A stretch of 63,705 nucleotides of DNA, the filler included, from Octopus bimaculoides (Eukaryota), in the NCBI RefSeq assembly GCF_001194135.2. It is 5 parts of 5 records of this genome, joined end to end, with 100 filler letters (N's around TTAATTAATTAA, not from the genome) between each part and the next. Parts side by side here need not be neighbours in the genome. Positions count along the whole stretch, not along the records: positions 62,532 to 63,705 come from NC_069004.1; 4 more parts are not named here. One strand, given 5' to 3'. The notes under the pieces are model-generated. The model was not told the DNA's origin and searched no databases. It was given only the letters and a program-made list of their open reading frames with translations. A program made the translations under genes and the position numbers. This document shows, one piece after another, positions 62,531-63,705 of the stretch (positions are counted from its first letter, which is position 1; each line of letters begins with the position of its first letter).

Positions 62531-63705
62531 NAATGAATGAACATACGTACGTACGAACGATCGAACGAACGAAGTAACTAATGAACCTACGTAAGAACGA
62601 ACGAACGTACATACGTAAGTACGAACGAACGAACGTAATTACGTACGTACGTACGAACGAACGAACAAGCGTACGTACAACGGAACAAACGAACGAACGT
62701 ACGTAGGAACGAACGAGCGAGCGAAAGATTGAAAGAACGAACGTACGTACGAAAACAAAACGAACGAACAAAGAAATGAACGTACGTATGTACGTACGAA
62801 CAAACGAACGAAAGAACGATCGAAAGTACGAACGAACGTAGGTATGTATGTATGCACGTACGAACGACCGAACGAACGCACGTAAGTAGGTACATATGTA
62901 CGTACGTACGAACGAACGAACGTACGTACGTTCGGTCATTCTTACGCGCGTACGTTCGTTCGTATTTAGTAACGTACGTAAGTGCGTTCGGTTGTCCTTT
63001 CGTTCGTTCGGTCGTTAGTTTGATCATTCGTTCGCTCTTATGTCCGTAGGTACGTACGCACGTACATTAATTCATTCGTACGTACGTACATATGTGCTTA
63101 CGTACGTACGTGCGTTTGATCGTTCTTTCGTTTGTTCATTCGTTTTTCGTTCGTTCGTTCATTCATTCTTTCGTTTGTTCGTACGTACGCTCGTTTGTTC
63201 TTTCGTTCGTTCGTTCATTCGGTCGTTCGTTCATTTGTTTCCTTCGTTAGTTTCGTACGTACGTTCGTTCTTTCGTTCGTTTGATCGTTCGTTCATTCGT
63301 TCGTATGTAAACGTACGTTCGTACGTACATTCATTCTTTCGTTAGCTCGTTCGTTTATTCATTCATACGCATATACATATGTAAATACTTACGTTCGATC
63401 GTTAGTTCGTTGGTTCTTTCGTTAGTTCATTTCGTTGGTAAGCTCGTACGTACGTACGAATGAGCGAACGAACAAACGAACGAACGTACGTATATTCGTA
63501 CTTACATATGTATGAATGAATGAACGAACGAACGAACGAGCGTGCGTATGTTCGTACGTATATATGTATGAATGAACGAACGAACGAACGTACGAACGAA
63601 CGATCGTACGTATGAACAAATGATCGAAGGAAGGAAAGAACGTGCGTACGTAAGTAAGTTCGTAAGTACGAACGAATAAACGAAAGAAGGAACGTAATTA
63701 CGAAC
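62531..63705. repeat. Complex CpG-rich tetranucleotide satellite (ACGA/ACGT/ATGA mosaic) with strand inversions
   Basis: GAAC-type to about 62900, GTTC-type from about 62925 to 63440, GAAC-type again to the window end; the many RSFV/TYV ORFs are artefacts of it. Confidence 0.93.

Overview
AT-rich, microsatellite- and SINE-dense animal genomic DNA. The repeat families and the 100-bp N44-TTAATTAATTAA-N44 scaffolding spacers suggest a draft octopus genome; this species call is inference. The only protein-coding gene I can support is a minus-strand, pentameric-type (subgroup B, COMP/TSP3/TSP4-like) thrombospondin. Five phase-compatible GT-AG exons (31012-30918, 27748-27694, 25488-25315, 17616-17393, 15625-15485) encode the coiled coil with its CxxC motif and about four EGF modules. 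I could not find the 5' exons or the downstream EGF, type-3-repeat and C-terminal exons. The rest is mobile and repetitive DNA: a 1.6-kb Tc1 element with long IR/DR termini, mariner and maT remnants, a hAT MITE with a perfect 8-bp TSD, TTAA-flanked piggyBac-like MITEs, a decayed CR1-group LINE with a CCCH zinc finger in ORF1, RTE and Penelope-like remnants, and at least three tRNA-derived SINE families. The most notable observations are four minimal type-I hammerhead ribozyme motifs on the thrombospondin strand (three share a non-canonical CUGUUG core), an 88-bp-arm intronic hairpin, oppositely oriented SINE clusters around one exon, and a CpG-rich satellite that switches strand. All coordinates were read by hand; repeat boundaries are approximate to about 10 bp unless a TSD or TIR is quoted.
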